A stretch of DNA of 64,000 nucleotides, from positions 23,557-87,556 of the forward strand of contig CAWFLB010000002.1 of the NCBI GenBank assembly GCA_963816615.1, written 5' to 3'. Under the pieces are notes generated by a model. That model was not told the DNA's origin. It did not search any database and worked only from the letters and a program-made list of their open reading frames with translations. The first letter of the stretch is position 1. The number at the start of each line of letters is the position of its first letter. The position numbers and the translations under genes are program-made. Shown piece after piece: positions 31,659-42,967 of the stretch. Source of the stretch: an uncultured beta proteobacterium. Lineage in GTDB: Bacteria; Pseudomonadota; Gammaproteobacteria; Burkholderiales; Casimicrobiaceae.

Positions 31659-32429
31659 ATGCGGGAACTGGTGACACTCGCCTTCGCGGTCGGCCTGGTG
31701 TTGGCAGAACTGCCGACCGCGTCCGCGCGCGACGCTGATCTCACGGTCTTCGCGGCAGCCAGCCTCAAGGAAGCGCTGGATGAACAGGTCGGCAACTTCG
31801 AAGCAGCCACAGGTCGAAAAGTCGTCGTCTCGTACGCCGCAAGCAATGCGCTGGCGAAACAGATCGAGGCCGGTGCGCCTGCAGACGTTTTCCTGTCGGC
31901 CGACGTCGATTGGCTCGATTACCTGGACAAGCGCAAGCTCATCCGCAGCAGCACGCGCATCGACCTCGTGCGCAACCGACTGGTGCTCATCGCGCCTGCC
32001 GATTCACGCGCAACGCTGCGGATAGCGCCGGGTTTCGAACTTGTCACTGCCCTGGGCGCAGGACGCCTGGCGATGGCCAATCCCGACAGTGTCCCGGCCG
32101 GAAAGTACGGCCGGGATGCCCTGCGCGCGCTTGACGTGTGGCCAGGCATCGAGTCGCGGGTCGCGCGCGCCGAAAACGTGCGCGCGGCGCTGGTTTTGGT
32201 CGCGCGCGGCGAGGCGCCTTTCGGCATCGTGTACGCGACCGATGCGGCCGCCGAATCCAAGGTCCGTATTGTCGATACGTTCCCGGAGGATACGCACGCA
32301 CCGATCGTCTATCCGGTGGCGATCGTCGCAACGAGCCGCTCGCCTTACGCGCAGCGCTTCGTCGATAGCCTTGCCTCACCCGCGGCCCGGGCAATCTGGG
32401 CGCGGCGCGGCTTCGCGATGGCGCGCTAG
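31659..32429 (+). CDS. modA: Molybdate ABC transporter substrate-binding protein
   Basis: 256 aa from the second ATG (GGGAGA SD). Signal peptide and ModA-like sequence (FAAASLKEALDE..., SVPAGKYG). Confidence 0.85.
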   Translation: MRELVTLAFAVGLVLAELPTASARDADLTVFAAASLKEALDEQVGNFEAATGRKVVVSYAASNALAKQIEAGAPADVFLSADVDWLDYLDKRKLIRSSTRIDLVRNRLVLIAPADSRATLRIAPGFELVTALGAGRLAMANPDSVPAGKYGRDALRALDVWPGIESRVARAENVRAALVLVARGEAPFGIVYATDAAAESKVRIVDTFPEDTHAPIVYPVAIVATSRSPYAQRFVDSLASPAARAIWARRGFAMAR

Positions 32430-32437
32430 GGGCGACG

Positions 32438-33136
32438 ATGCCCGGCGGCGCCGAATTCGGCATCATTGTCCTGAGCCTGAAGGTGGCGTTGGTCGGCGTC
32501 GCGTTCAGCCTGCCGCCGGCGATCTTTTTCGCCTACGTTCTCGCGCGCGCCGATTTTCCCGGCAAGACCTTGCTCGACGCGCTCATTCATCTGCCGCTGG
32601 TGCTGCCGCCGGTGGTCGTCGGCTTCGCCTTGCTGTTGCTCTTCGGCAACCGCGGCGTTTTTGGCGCGTGGCTCGCCGACTGGTTCGGCATCGTGTTCGC
32701 GTTTCGCTGGACGGGCGCTGCGCTGGCCGCAGCGATCATGGGCTTCCCGCTGATGGTGCGCGCGATCCGCCTGTCGATCGCCGCAATCGACCGCCGGCTC
32801 GAAACCGTCGCGCGCACGCTGGGCGGCTCGCACGCCTGGGTATTCGCATCGATCACGCTGCCGCTGGCGCTGCCCGGCATCGTCACCGGCGCGCTGCTGT
32901 CGTTCGCGCGGAGCCTGGGCGAGTTCGGCGCGACGATCACCTTCGTATCCAACATTCCCGGCGAGACCGAAACCCTGCCGCTGGCAATCTACACGTTCGT
33001 GCAGACACCCGGCGGAGACGCGCAGGCGCTGCGTCTTTCGCTGTTGGCCGTCATCCTGTCGATCGCGGCGCTGATCGCTTCGGAATGGCTGACGCGCCGA
33101 TCGCGCAGAAAGGCGACTGCTGATGATCGACGTTGA
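32438..33136 (+). CDS. modB: Molybdate ABC transporter permease
   Basis: 232-aa polytopic protein with an EAA-loop-like ARSLGEFGATITF. Confidence 0.85.
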   Translation: MPGGAEFGIIVLSLKVALVGVAFSLPPAIFFAYVLARADFPGKTLLDALIHLPLVLPPVVVGFALLLLFGNRGVFGAWLADWFGIVFAFRWTGAALAAAIMGFPLMVRAIRLSIAAIDRRLETVARTLGGSHAWVFASITLPLALPGIVTGALLSFARSLGEFGATITFVSNIPGETETLPLAIYTFVQTPGGDAQALRLSLLAVILSIAALIASEWLTRRSRRKATADDRR

Positions 33137-34211
33137 CATCCAGCAGCGCCTGGGCGCATTCGAGCTCAAGGTCGCGTTTCGCGCTGAGGCGCCGATCGTC
33201 GGCCTGTTCGGCCGCTCGGGATCGGGCAAGACCAGCGTCGTCAATGCGCTCGCCGGCACCAGCCGTCCGCATCGCGGTCATATCGTGGTCAACGGCGTAA
33301 CGCTGTTCGACAGCGCTCGCGGCATCGACCTGCCGCCGGAGAAGCGGCGGCTCGGCTACGTGTTTCAGGATGGACTCCTTTTCCCGCACCTCGACGTCGA
33401 ATCCAACCTGATGTACGGATTGCACCGCGCGCCGGCCGCGGCGCGCGTCATCGATCCGGCGCACGTCGTGGATTTGCTCGGACTGAAATCACTGCTGCAT
33501 CGTCTGCCCGACAAACTTTCCGGCGGCGAAAAACAGCGGGTGGCGATCGGCCGCGCGCTGCTCGCCCAACCGCGGTTGCTGCTGATGGACGAACCGCTGG
33601 CCTCGCTCGACGTACCTAGGCAAAGCGAGGTGCTGCGCTATATCGAGCAACTGCGCGACGATCTTCATATCCCCATCGTCTATGTGAGCCACGCGGTCGC
33701 CGAAATCACGCGCCTGGCCGACACCGTCGTGCTGCTGGCCGACGGCAAGGCGTTGGCGTCCGGTCCGGTCGATGAGGTGATGGGGCGGATCGATCTGCGC
33801 CCGCACACGGGACGGTACGAATCGGGGTCGGTCCTCGAGACCGTCGTCGCTGCGCACGATTTGACCTATGGGCTCACCACGTTGCATTTCGAAGGCGGCG
33901 AGCTGGTCGTGCCCAACGTCGAGGCGCTGGTCGGCGAAAGAGTGCGCGTTCGCATCCGCGCCCGCGACGTTGCGCTGGCGCTCGAGCATCCGGCGGGCCT
34001 GAGCGTGCTGAACGTCCTGCCGGCGACGGTCCTGGCGATCGCGGCCGAAGAAGGCCCGATCGTCGATGTTCAGCTACGGGTCGGGGAGCTGCCGCTTCTG
34101 GCACGCATCACGCGCCGCTCGGTGCACGAGCTTCCGCTGTGCGAGGGACAGCAGGTTTATGCGCTGATCAAGGCGGTGTCGCTCGACCGGCGCAGCGTCG
34201 GATACGCCTAG
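33123..34211 (+). CDS. modC: Molybdate ABC transporter ATP-binding protein
   Basis: 362 aa with Walker A GRSGSGKTS, LSGGEKQRVAIGRAL and a C-terminal TOBE/Mop-like domain. Confidence 0.85.
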   Translation: MIDVDIQQRLGAFELKVAFRAEAPIVGLFGRSGSGKTSVVNALAGTSRPHRGHIVVNGVTLFDSARGIDLPPEKRRLGYVFQDGLLFPHLDVESNLMYGLHRAPAAARVIDPAHVVDLLGLKSLLHRLPDKLSGGEKQRVAIGRALLAQPRLLLMDEPLASLDVPRQSEVLRYIEQLRDDLHIPIVYVSHAVAEITRLADTVVLLADGKALASGPVDEVMGRIDLRPHTGRYESGSVLETVVAAHDLTYGLTTLHFEGGELVVPNVEALVGERVRVRIRARDVALALEHPAGLSVLNVLPATVLAIAAEEGPIVDVQLRVGELPLLARITRRSVHELPLCEGQQVYALIKAVSLDRRSVGYA

Positions 34212-34215
34212 CGAA

Positions 34216-34563
34216 TTAGCCAGCGAGCTTGCGCGTCAACGCGCGAATGTCGGCGGCTCCGGCGCGGGCGGCGTTACGCACGATACGGCGGTAGCGCTCG
34301 ATCACGTCGCGGCCGTCCCGGGTCAGCCGCGCGCCACCACCGCGCTTGCCTCCGGATTCCGCCTCGACCAGCGGCGTGCGAAAGCATCGATTCATCGTGT
34401 CGACCAGAAGCCACGCGCGGCGGTACGACATGCCGAGCGAGCGCGCTGCGGCACTGATCGAGCCGCTAGCGTCGATCGCCTCGAGCAGGTCGATCTTGCC
34501 GGGGCCGACGGCGATATCGTCGCCGCGGCGGATGCGAAGTCGAAACTCGGTGCGATGCCTCAT
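34216..34563 (-). CDS. ModE N-terminal-domain-like winged-helix regulator (no Mop domains)
   Basis: 115 aa. IAVGPGKIDLLEAIDASGSISAAARSLGMSYRRAWLLV matches the ModE/LysR-type HTH region. The ORF ends before any molybdate-binding di-Mop domain. Confidence 0.7.
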   Translation of the reverse strand: MRHRTEFRLRIRRGDDIAVGPGKIDLLEAIDASGSISAAARSLGMSYRRAWLLVDTMNRCFRTPLVEAESGGKRGGGARLTRDGRDVIERYRRIVRNAARAGAADIRALTRKLAG

Positions 34564-34642
34564 TGCCTGCGCCCGCGGAAAGCGGCGGGCCAGCGTTTGG
34601 TCACTCTACGGTCACCGACTTCGCCAGGTTCTGCGGCGCTTC

Positions 34643-36457
<1,815 letters not shown>

Positions 36458-36460
36458 TTT

Positions 36461-37831
36461 CTAGTCCTTGGCTTTCTTGCGCGGGCGCTGGTAGTCCGCC
36501 TTGCTGATCTGCGTTTTCTGGTTGAGCGCGAGGACGCCGGTCTCGACGTCGCGCCATATCGTCGTGCCCGCGCCTATCGTCGCGCCGCGCCCGATCGTGA
36601 CTGGGGCCACCAGTTGCGTATCGGATCCGATGTGGACGTCGTCTTCGATCACCGTGCGATGCTTGTTCGCGCCGTCGTAGTTGCAGGTGATCGTTCCGGC
36701 GCCAATGTTGACGTCGCGCCCGACCGTCGTGTCGCCGACGTAAGCGAGGTGGTTCGCCTTGCTGCGCTCGCCGATAGTGCTCGCTTTCACCTCGACGAAG
36801 TTGCCGACGTGGACCTCATCCGCGAAACGCGTGCCGGGCCGGATGCGCGCGTACGGGCCGATGCGGCAGCGCGCTCCGATGTCGGCGCCATCGATATGCG
36901 AGTACGGCGCGATCGCCGTCTCCGCGCCGACCTTGACGTCCTTGAGGATGCTGTGCGCGCCGACACTCACCGCATCGCCAAGCTCCACGTCGCCTTCGAA
37001 AATGCAGCCGACGTCGATCGTCACGTCGCGGCCGCATTCGAGAGTGCCGCGCACGTCGATGCGCGCGGGATCGGCCAGCGTCACGCCCGCGTCGAGCAGC
37101 AGGTCGGCCTGCGTGCGTTGATAGATCCGCTCGAGTTGTGCCAGGTCGCGTTTGCTGTTGATACCGAGCGTCTCGTCGGCGCTCGCCGGATGCGTCGTCT
37201 CGACCGGGATGCCGTCGGCGACGGCCAGCGCGATCACGTCGGTAAGATAGTATTCGCCGCCGGCATTGCGATTGTCGATCCTCGGCAGCCAGCGCGCGAA
37301 CGCAGCGGTCGGCGCCGCCATGATGCCGGTGTTGATCTCCTTGATTGCCCGCTGCTCCGGTGTCGCATCCTTGTGCTCGACGATGGTCGCGACCTTGCCA
37401 TCCACGCCGCGCACGATCCTGCCGTATCCGGTCGGATCATCGAGCTCCACAGTAAGCAACGAAAGAATGCCTTGCTGCGCACGCTCGGCCACCTGACGCA
37501 AGGTCTCCACCCGCGCCAGCGGATCGGCGCCAAACAGCACCAGCGTCACGCCATCGCCGGCCAACTGCTTCAGCGCGCATTTGAGCGCATCGCCGGTGCC
37601 GCGCGGCGAATCCTGCCGCGCCCAACTGAGGTCGGTGTCGGGGAAACGTTCGCGCACCTCACCGCCGGAATCGACGACGCAAATGGCCCGCGGCGCGAGC
37701 TTGCGCGCGGTCGACAGCACATGCGCGAGCAGCGGCCGGCCACCGAGCGGCTGCAGCACCTTGGGCAGCGCCGAGCGCATGCGCAAGCCCCTCCCGGCGG
37801 CAAGAACGGCGATTTGCAGCGACGATTGCAT
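36461..37831 (-). CDS. glmU: Bifunctional UDP-N-acetylglucosamine pyrophosphorylase / GlcN-1-P acetyltransferase
   Basis: 456 aa from the internal ATG. Contains [11 protein letters not shown] and a C-terminal left-handed beta-helix of hexapeptide repeats. Confidence 0.9.
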   Translation of the reverse strand: MQSSLQIAVLAAGRGLRMRSALPKVLQPLGGRPLLAHVLSTARKLAPRAICVVDSGGEVRERFPDTDLSWARQDSPRGTGDALKCALKQLAGDGVTLVLFGADPLARVETLRQVAERAQQGILSLLTVELDDPTGYGRIVRGVDGKVATIVEHKDATPEQRAIKEINTGIMAAPTAAFARWLPRIDNRNAGGEYYLTDVIALAVADGIPVETTHPASADETLGINSKRDLAQLERIYQRTQADLLLDAGVTLADPARIDVRGTLECGRDVTIDVGCIFEGDVELGDAVSVGAHSILKDVKVGAETAIAPYSHIDGADIGARCRIGPYARIRPGTRFADEVHVGNFVEVKASTIGERSKANHLAYVGDTTVGRDVNIGAGTITCNYDGANKHRTVIEDDVHIGSDTQLVAPVTIGRGATIGAGTTIWRDVETGVLALNQKTQISKADYQRPRKKAKD

Positions 37832-38003
37832 CGAGCGTGAATTATCGCATTTTTGCGCAGAGGCGCCGGTACCGTGCGGCACCGGCCCATTCGTATCGTG
37901 CGTCCTGTGCGTTACATGCGAAAATGCCGCGCATGCCACTCAATCCCTGCACTCCGGCGCCGACGATCGCCACACCGACCATCGCACATCGCGCCACTTC
38001 GCA

Positions 38004-38765
38004 ATGACAGTCATCGCAGTATTCAACCAGAAGGGCGGCGTCGGAAAAACGACCACCGCCCTCAATCTGCTCGCCGGGCTTGCGCAGCGCAAGCAGCGGC
38101 CGCTTGCCATCGATCTAGATCCGCAGGCGCACCTCTCCGGCGTTTTCGGCGTCCGTCCCCGGCTGGCCGACGATTCGGTCTATTCGTTTTTTGTGCGGCA
38201 ACGCCCGCTTGCCGAGGTCACCGAGATCGCCGCGAGCGGCGTCATGGTCTGTCCCGGCCACCTCGATTTGTCGAAGCTGGACACGATGCTGGGCAAGGGG
38301 GTCAACGTGGTGACACGGCTGCGGGCCGCGCTGCGCGCCCCCGGCCTCGCACCCGGGCCGGTCGTCATCGACTGCTGTCCCCTGCTGGGCGTGCTTTCGC
38401 TGAACGCGATTTTTGCCTGCGATGTCGTTGTTGTCCCGGTATCGGCCGACTACCTCGCGCTGCAGGGCGCACAGCAGGTGGAGCGGGCGTTGAACGCATT
38501 GGAGCCGGTGTTCAAGGCGCGGTTGCCGCGGCGCTACGTGCTGACCCGCTTCGATGCGCGACGCAACATGAGTTCGGAAGTGGCCGATCTGATGGCGCTG
38601 GCGTTTCGTCCCGAGGAGATCTGCGCTACCCGGATCGCCGAAAACGTCAGCCTCGCCGAAAGCCCGGCGCGGCAGCTCGACGTGTTTCGCTATGCGCCGT
38701 CCAGTGCGGGCGCGCGCGATTACAAGGCGCTGGTCGAGGAGCTAGTGGCCGCCGGATTTGCGTAG
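38004..38765 (+). CDS. ParA/MinD-family ATPase (orphan, no adjacent ParB)
   Basis: 253 aa from the internal ATG. Deviant Walker A NQKGGVGKTTT and DLDPQ are present. Divergent from glmU. Confidence 0.8.
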   Translation: MTVIAVFNQKGGVGKTTTALNLLAGLAQRKQRPLAIDLDPQAHLSGVFGVRPRLADDSVYSFFVRQRPLAEVTEIAASGVMVCPGHLDLSKLDTMLGKGVNVVTRLRAALRAPGLAPGPVVIDCCPLLGVLSLNAIFACDVVVVPVSADYLALQGAQQVERALNALEPVFKARLPRRYVLTRFDARRNMSSEVADLMALAFRPEEICATRIAENVSLAESPARQLDVFRYAPSSAGARDYKALVEELVAAGFA

Positions 38766-39008
38766 CATCGAGCGCGCGATCGTCGGTACGCCCATGGCCG
38801 CATCGGTGGTGCTGATGATGCTGATGACGCCTTCGATGTCCATCGGGTCCGAACGACGTACCGACTCGCTGTTGCAGCTGATCACCTGGCAATGGTGGTA
38901 CATCTGCCGCAGCCGGCGTTCCGCTTCTTCGCGACTCGCCGCCATGATGCAGATGTTGTCGACGCGCTGGCCGCTGCGCGTGCGAATATTGAAGCCGTAC
39001 CGCGTCAT
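38742..39008 (-). CDS. Hypothetical small protein (88 aa)
   Basis: ATG preceded by GGGAGG at 6-nt spacing. The N-terminal ~45 aa look protein-like (MTRYGFNIRTRSGQRVDNICIMAASREEAERRLRQMYHHC). The 3' end overlaps the convergent ParA-like gene by 24 nt. Confidence 0.45.
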   Translation of the reverse strand: MTRYGFNIRTRSGQRVDNICIMAASREEAERRLRQMYHHCQVISCNSESVRRSDPMDIEGVISIISTTDAAMGVPTIARSMLRKSGGH

Positions 39009-39398
39009 CGCTGCCTCCCTGCCGGTCGCCCGCAGCGCGCTTTTCCGCGCTCTCGCGGCGCGTCGGATTCCAGGCGATCCGGGGTTGCCATCATACGCCC
39101 GGGCAACCGATGCAATTATCGTACCGACACTGTAGATGTTCGGTACACACCTCGTTGTCGCGGCACGAGCTTTGGATCCCTTTGAGGCCGCTCCGAAACA
39201 CCCACGTCGAGTGGACTGGCATGTTGGGAAAGTAACTGCTCACACCGGAGATCGGCCAGGCCGCCGGGGTCAAGTATTGTGCAGTACGCCTTTCCAGCGG
39301 CTGGTGCCGTCTACCGTCATTAACGTCGGGGTTGCGCCGTTGAAGCGCCCGTTCTGCCAAGGCACAATTCGCGACCACCTGAAGCGCCGGAGAGATCG

Positions 39399-40763
39399 AT
39401 GTTTTGTGCCCAGTGCGGCCAGCTCGTCGCCGAGGGAATGAGGTTCTGCCCGCAATGCGGTGCGCCGGTCGTCGTGCCGGCGCCGGTTGCTGCCGCGCCG
39501 AATGCCGGTGACGGGGAAGCCCTTCGCGGCGACGGCGGCGACGCTGCGCATCGCCTCCTTGCCCGTATCAAGGCCCTTCTGCTCTCTCCGTCGGCCGAAT
39601 GGCCGGTCATCGCCGCTGAACCGTCGTCCCCGGCCGCGATCTATCGCCGCTACGTCGCTCCGCTGGCGGCGCTGGGCATCATCGCAGGCTTTATCGGCCA
39701 CACGGTGATCGGCTACGACGTTCCCCTGCTCGGCCATGTGCACGCCGGCATCGCCGCCGGGGCAGGCGCGGCGCTGCTGGGCTACCTGCTTTCATTCGTG
39801 TCGGTGTTCGTGATTGCCTGGCTGGTCGATGTGCTGGCGCCGAGTTTCGGTGGCCAGCGCGATAGCCTGCGCGCGTTGAAGCTCACCGCGTACAGCTACA
39901 CGCCGGCGTGGATCGCCGGCATTCTGCAGCTCGTTCCCGCCCTGGGCATGCTCGCGCTGCTTGCCGGATGCTACGGACTGTATCTGCTTTATGTCGGCTT
40001 GCCGGTTCTGATGCGCTGCCCGAAGGAAAAATCCCTCGGCTACACGATCGTCCTGATCCTGTGCGCGATCGTCGTCTCGGTCGTCTTCACCGTCCTCGGC
40101 AGCTGCGCCTCGGCCGGCCTCGGACTCGCCGGGATCGGCGCGACGGGCAGCTTGGGCACGTCGGACAAGGCGCGCGTCAGCGAGGCCCTGTCTCAGCTGC
40201 AGAAAATCGGCGAGGACGCCCAGAAGGCGACGACGCAGCCATCGCGCGAAAGCAACGCGAGCGGCGACTTGGCCGCTGCGTTGAACGCCGTCGGGGCCAT
40301 CGTCTCCGGCGGCAAGGACGTCGAGCCCGTCGATTTCCGCAAGCTCAAGGAAATGCTGCCAGAAACGCTTGCCGGGATGAAACGGGTCGAAGCGACCGGG
40401 CAAAGCGGCGAGGCGATGGGCATCAATGGGTCGAGCGCTACCGCACGCTATACCGACGGGGCGGGCGCATCGCTGAACGTCGATATTTCCGACATGGGCT
40501 CGCTGGCGGGCCTGGCCGGCCTCGCGTCCCGGCTCGACCCGGCGATGGAAAAGGAGACCGATACCGGCTACGAACGCACCAGCAAAGTGAACGGCCAGAT
40601 CGTGCACGAGCGTTATGACCGCCGCGTCAAAAACGGCGAGATCAGCATCATCCTGGCCGAGCGCTTCAATGTCGCGGTGCGCGGCAACGGCGTCGATGCC
40701 GCCGCGCTGCAGGGTGCGATCAAGCAGATCGATCTGGCCGCGATCGTCGCCCTGGCGAAATAG
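39399..40763 (+). CDS. Zinc-ribbon / Yip1-like membrane protein with a soluble C-terminal domain
   Basis: 454 aa. N-terminal CxxC-N9-CxxC (MFCAQCG...FCPQCG), then ~5 TM segments of Yip1 type, then a ~190-aa hydrophilic C-terminal domain. Confidence 0.7.
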   Translation: MFCAQCGQLVAEGMRFCPQCGAPVVVPAPVAAAPNAGDGEALRGDGGDAAHRLLARIKALLLSPSAEWPVIAAEPSSPAAIYRRYVAPLAALGIIAGFIGHTVIGYDVPLLGHVHAGIAAGAGAALLGYLLSFVSVFVIAWLVDVLAPSFGGQRDSLRALKLTAYSYTPAWIAGILQLVPALGMLALLAGCYGLYLLYVGLPVLMRCPKEKSLGYTIVLILCAIVVSVVFTVLGSCASAGLGLAGIGATGSLGTSDKARVSEALSQLQKIGEDAQKATTQPSRESNASGDLAAALNAVGAIVSGGKDVEPVDFRKLKEMLPETLAGMKRVEATGQSGEAMGINGSSATARYTDGAGASLNVDISDMGSLAGLAGLASRLDPAMEKETDTGYERTSKVNGQIVHERYDRRVKNGEISIILAERFNVAVRGNGVDAAALQGAIKQIDLAAIVALAK

Positions 40764-40789
40764 CCGGCTTTTCGCCGGACCCAAAAACC

Positions 40790-40816
40790 AAGGGCCCGCT
40801 TGAGGAGCGGGCCCTT
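40790..40816. terminator. Bidirectional hairpin terminator between convergent genes
   Basis: AAGGGCCCGCT-TGAGG-AGCGGGCCCTT, an 11-bp perfect stem. An A-run lies on one side, and only 2 T inside the stem base on the other. Confidence 0.6.
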
Positions 40817-40868
40817 GGCGTGGCGAAGACGCTTCGGCTCTAGCGCACCGAGGAAGCGTGTTGACCGC

Positions 40869-41972
40869 TCAGCGCGCCGCCGTGCCGCGCCGCCCTATCC
40901 CCGCCGCACCGGCAAGAGCCAGAAGCGCGGCGCCGAGCAGGAGCAGCGACCCGGGCTCGGGCACGTTGTTGCAGACCTCGCCCGGCGGGCAAGGATTGAT
41001 GATGGCGGCGGTCACGAATATGCCGTCCTCGGGCTGGCTCGGGAACGATCCGATATTGGTATTCACCGGCGCCGAGCCGTCCCAGTGAACGTTCCAGACG
41101 ATATGGCTGAATTCGCCGGTGACGATGATGTCACCCAGCATCGACGCGAACTCGCTGGCATCGCCCTTGACGACATTTTGCGTGTAGTTCGCGCCGTAGA
41201 AGCCTTCCACCGGATCGCCGCTCACTCCAAGGTTGAGCGGCACGAAAGTCAGTTCCTCCGCGCCGGGGATCGGGTTGTTCGGATTGATGGTGGTGACACC
41301 GCCGCCGGTCGTGATCGCACGAAGCAAGCCGCTTCCTTCGGAAGCGACGATCAGCTGGCCGGCATAGGGCCCGAAGGTCCCGAGCGGTGCGATGTCCAGG
41401 CCCTCGGTGTCTTCGCCGGTCGACGCCAGCAAGGTCGCCGCGCCGGTGCTGTCGACCCGATAGATCTGGCCGCCGCTGGTCGTGACCAGCATGTCGTTGC
41501 CGAACGTTCCGATGGCGTCGAACAGGATGCCGCGCACCGCGCTGGCGAGATTGCTACCCGCGATGCCGTCGACGCTGGTGATGGTCGGTGTCCCTGCCGC
41601 CCCGGCATGATCGATGTGGATGATCCCGTTGGCGGCGGCGACGTAAACGTCACGGTCGGGAAAGCCTCCCAGCCCGAGCGAGCTCGCGACGAAGTGCTCC
41701 GAGGAAGGGCTGCCTCCCGGGATCAGCACCGTTGGCGCAAAAACCGCGACACTGCCGCCGTTGAGGTCGGTCCGGTACAGCACGTTGCCGGTGCCGTCGG
41801 CCTGAACGCTGCCGACAAAACCGTCGCCGATGTAGGCGAACCCGATCGTGCCGCCGGACAGCGTCGGGTGCGGATCGGTAAACGTGTTAAGCACGATTGC
41901 GGCGTGTCCGACCGTGCTGACGATCAAGGTCGCTGCCGCCAAGGCGGCGCCGACCAGATGACGCAGGTTCAT
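40869..41972 (-). CDS. PEP-CTERM sorting domain-containing secreted protein
   Basis: 367 aa from an ATG preceded by AAGGGGGA. Signal peptide present. C-terminus VPEPGSLLLLGAALLALAGAAGIGRR is a canonical PEP-CTERM anchor. Confidence 0.8.
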   Translation of the reverse strand: MNLRHLVGAALAAATLIVSTVGHAAIVLNTFTDPHPTLSGGTIGFAYIGDGFVGSVQADGTGNVLYRTDLNGGSVAVFAPTVLIPGGSPSSEHFVASSLGLGGFPDRDVYVAAANGIIHIDHAGAAGTPTITSVDGIAGSNLASAVRGILFDAIGTFGNDMLVTTSGGQIYRVDSTGAATLLASTGEDTEGLDIAPLGTFGPYAGQLIVASEGSGLLRAITTGGGVTTINPNNPIPGAEELTFVPLNLGVSGDPVEGFYGANYTQNVVKGDASEFASMLGDIIVTGEFSHIVWNVHWDGSAPVNTNIGSFPSQPEDGIFVTAAIINPCPPGEVCNNVPEPGSLLLLGAALLALAGAAGIGRRGTAAR

Positions 41973-42127
41973 CGTAATCCCCCTTAGGTCTGATTCTCCC
42001 GCTGAGTCCCCGCTGGCGAGCAAGCTCCTCCTCCGCCGCGGCGCCTGTCGGTGCGAGCATCATTCGTACCCGGGAACTCAAGTTGTTGATTTATCAATGG
42101 AATGGGGTCCGGACGGGAAAGTTGTTG

Positions 42128-42967
42128 TTAGCAAACTGTAAGCTTCGTCGACGCCTGTCTGTCGTGGGGGGGCGCGAGTAGCCGGTCGACCAGCTCCGCA
42201 AAGCCGGCTCCCGATTCGCCCTCGGTGACATAGGCCGGAAAGGCCGCCAGGCGCCCTGCGAATGCTCGGATATTCGCGACGCCGACCGCGAACGGAAAGA
42301 ATTCGAACATCGGGGCGTCGTTCGGGGAATCGCCGATGAAGATGTAATGGTCGCGCTCGGCATCGATATCGACATGGAACTCGTCGCGCAACAGGATCCG
42401 CGTCATCGCCAGCTTGTCGTACGCGCCGAACCAGCCGTTGACGTGGATCGAGCTCATTTTGGTGCTCATGCCTGCCTCGCGCATCAGCGACATGATGCGG
42501 TCGATCGCTTCGTCGGGCAGGCGCGGCACGTCTTCGCAGAAGTCGATGGCCAGATCGCTTTCGCGGTAGGGCTGGTCGGACGCCAGCGCCGCGCCGGGCA
42601 CCTCGCGCAGGATCGTCGCGCCGACCTCGGTCAGACTCCGGCGGTGCGCCACGCGCTCCGCTTCGCTCGCGGCGAAGCGCTTGCGCAGTCGCCCGGTCTC
42701 CTCGTCACGAATCATGTAGAGCGCGCCGTTTTCGCCCACCACCGCATCGACCGGCCACATGCGCGCGATGTGATCGCACCATCCGGCCGGCCGCCCGGTG
42801 ATCGGTATGAACAGCAGCCCGGCGGCGCGCAGGCGCTGCATCGCCGCGTAGGCCTCGGCGGTGATTCGGCCGCGAGTCGACAAGGTGTCGTCGATGTCGG
42901 CCAGCACGCCGCGGATCGCCGCGCACGCCGAGGCTGGCATCGAAGCCAGCGGCCGCATCGCGCTCAT
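42128..42967 (-). CDS. HAD-IIB family hydrolase
   Basis: 279 aa from the ATG at 42967. Motif I is ADIDDTL and motif IV is IGDSPNDAPMF. Confidence 0.7.
   Translation of the reverse strand: MSAMRPLASMPASACAAIRGVLADIDDTLSTRGRITAEAYAAMQRLRAAGLLFIPITGRPAGWCDHIARMWPVDAVVGENGALYMIRDEETGRLRKRFAASEAERVAHRRSLTEVGATILREVPGAALASDQPYRESDLAIDFCEDVPRLPDEAIDRIMSLMREAGMSTKMSSIHVNGWFGAYDKLAMTRILLRDEFHVDIDAERDHYIFIGDSPNDAPMFEFFPFAVGVANIRAFAGRLAAFPAYVTEGESGAGFAELVDRLLAPPHDRQASTKLTVC

Noticed and set aside
34564-34642. Tn7-like transposon end or insertion at attTn7 downstream of glmS.
   Set aside because: No TGT-starting terminal repeats, no 22-bp TnsB-type repeats and no tns or integrase genes follow. Only the duplicated glmS tail is present.
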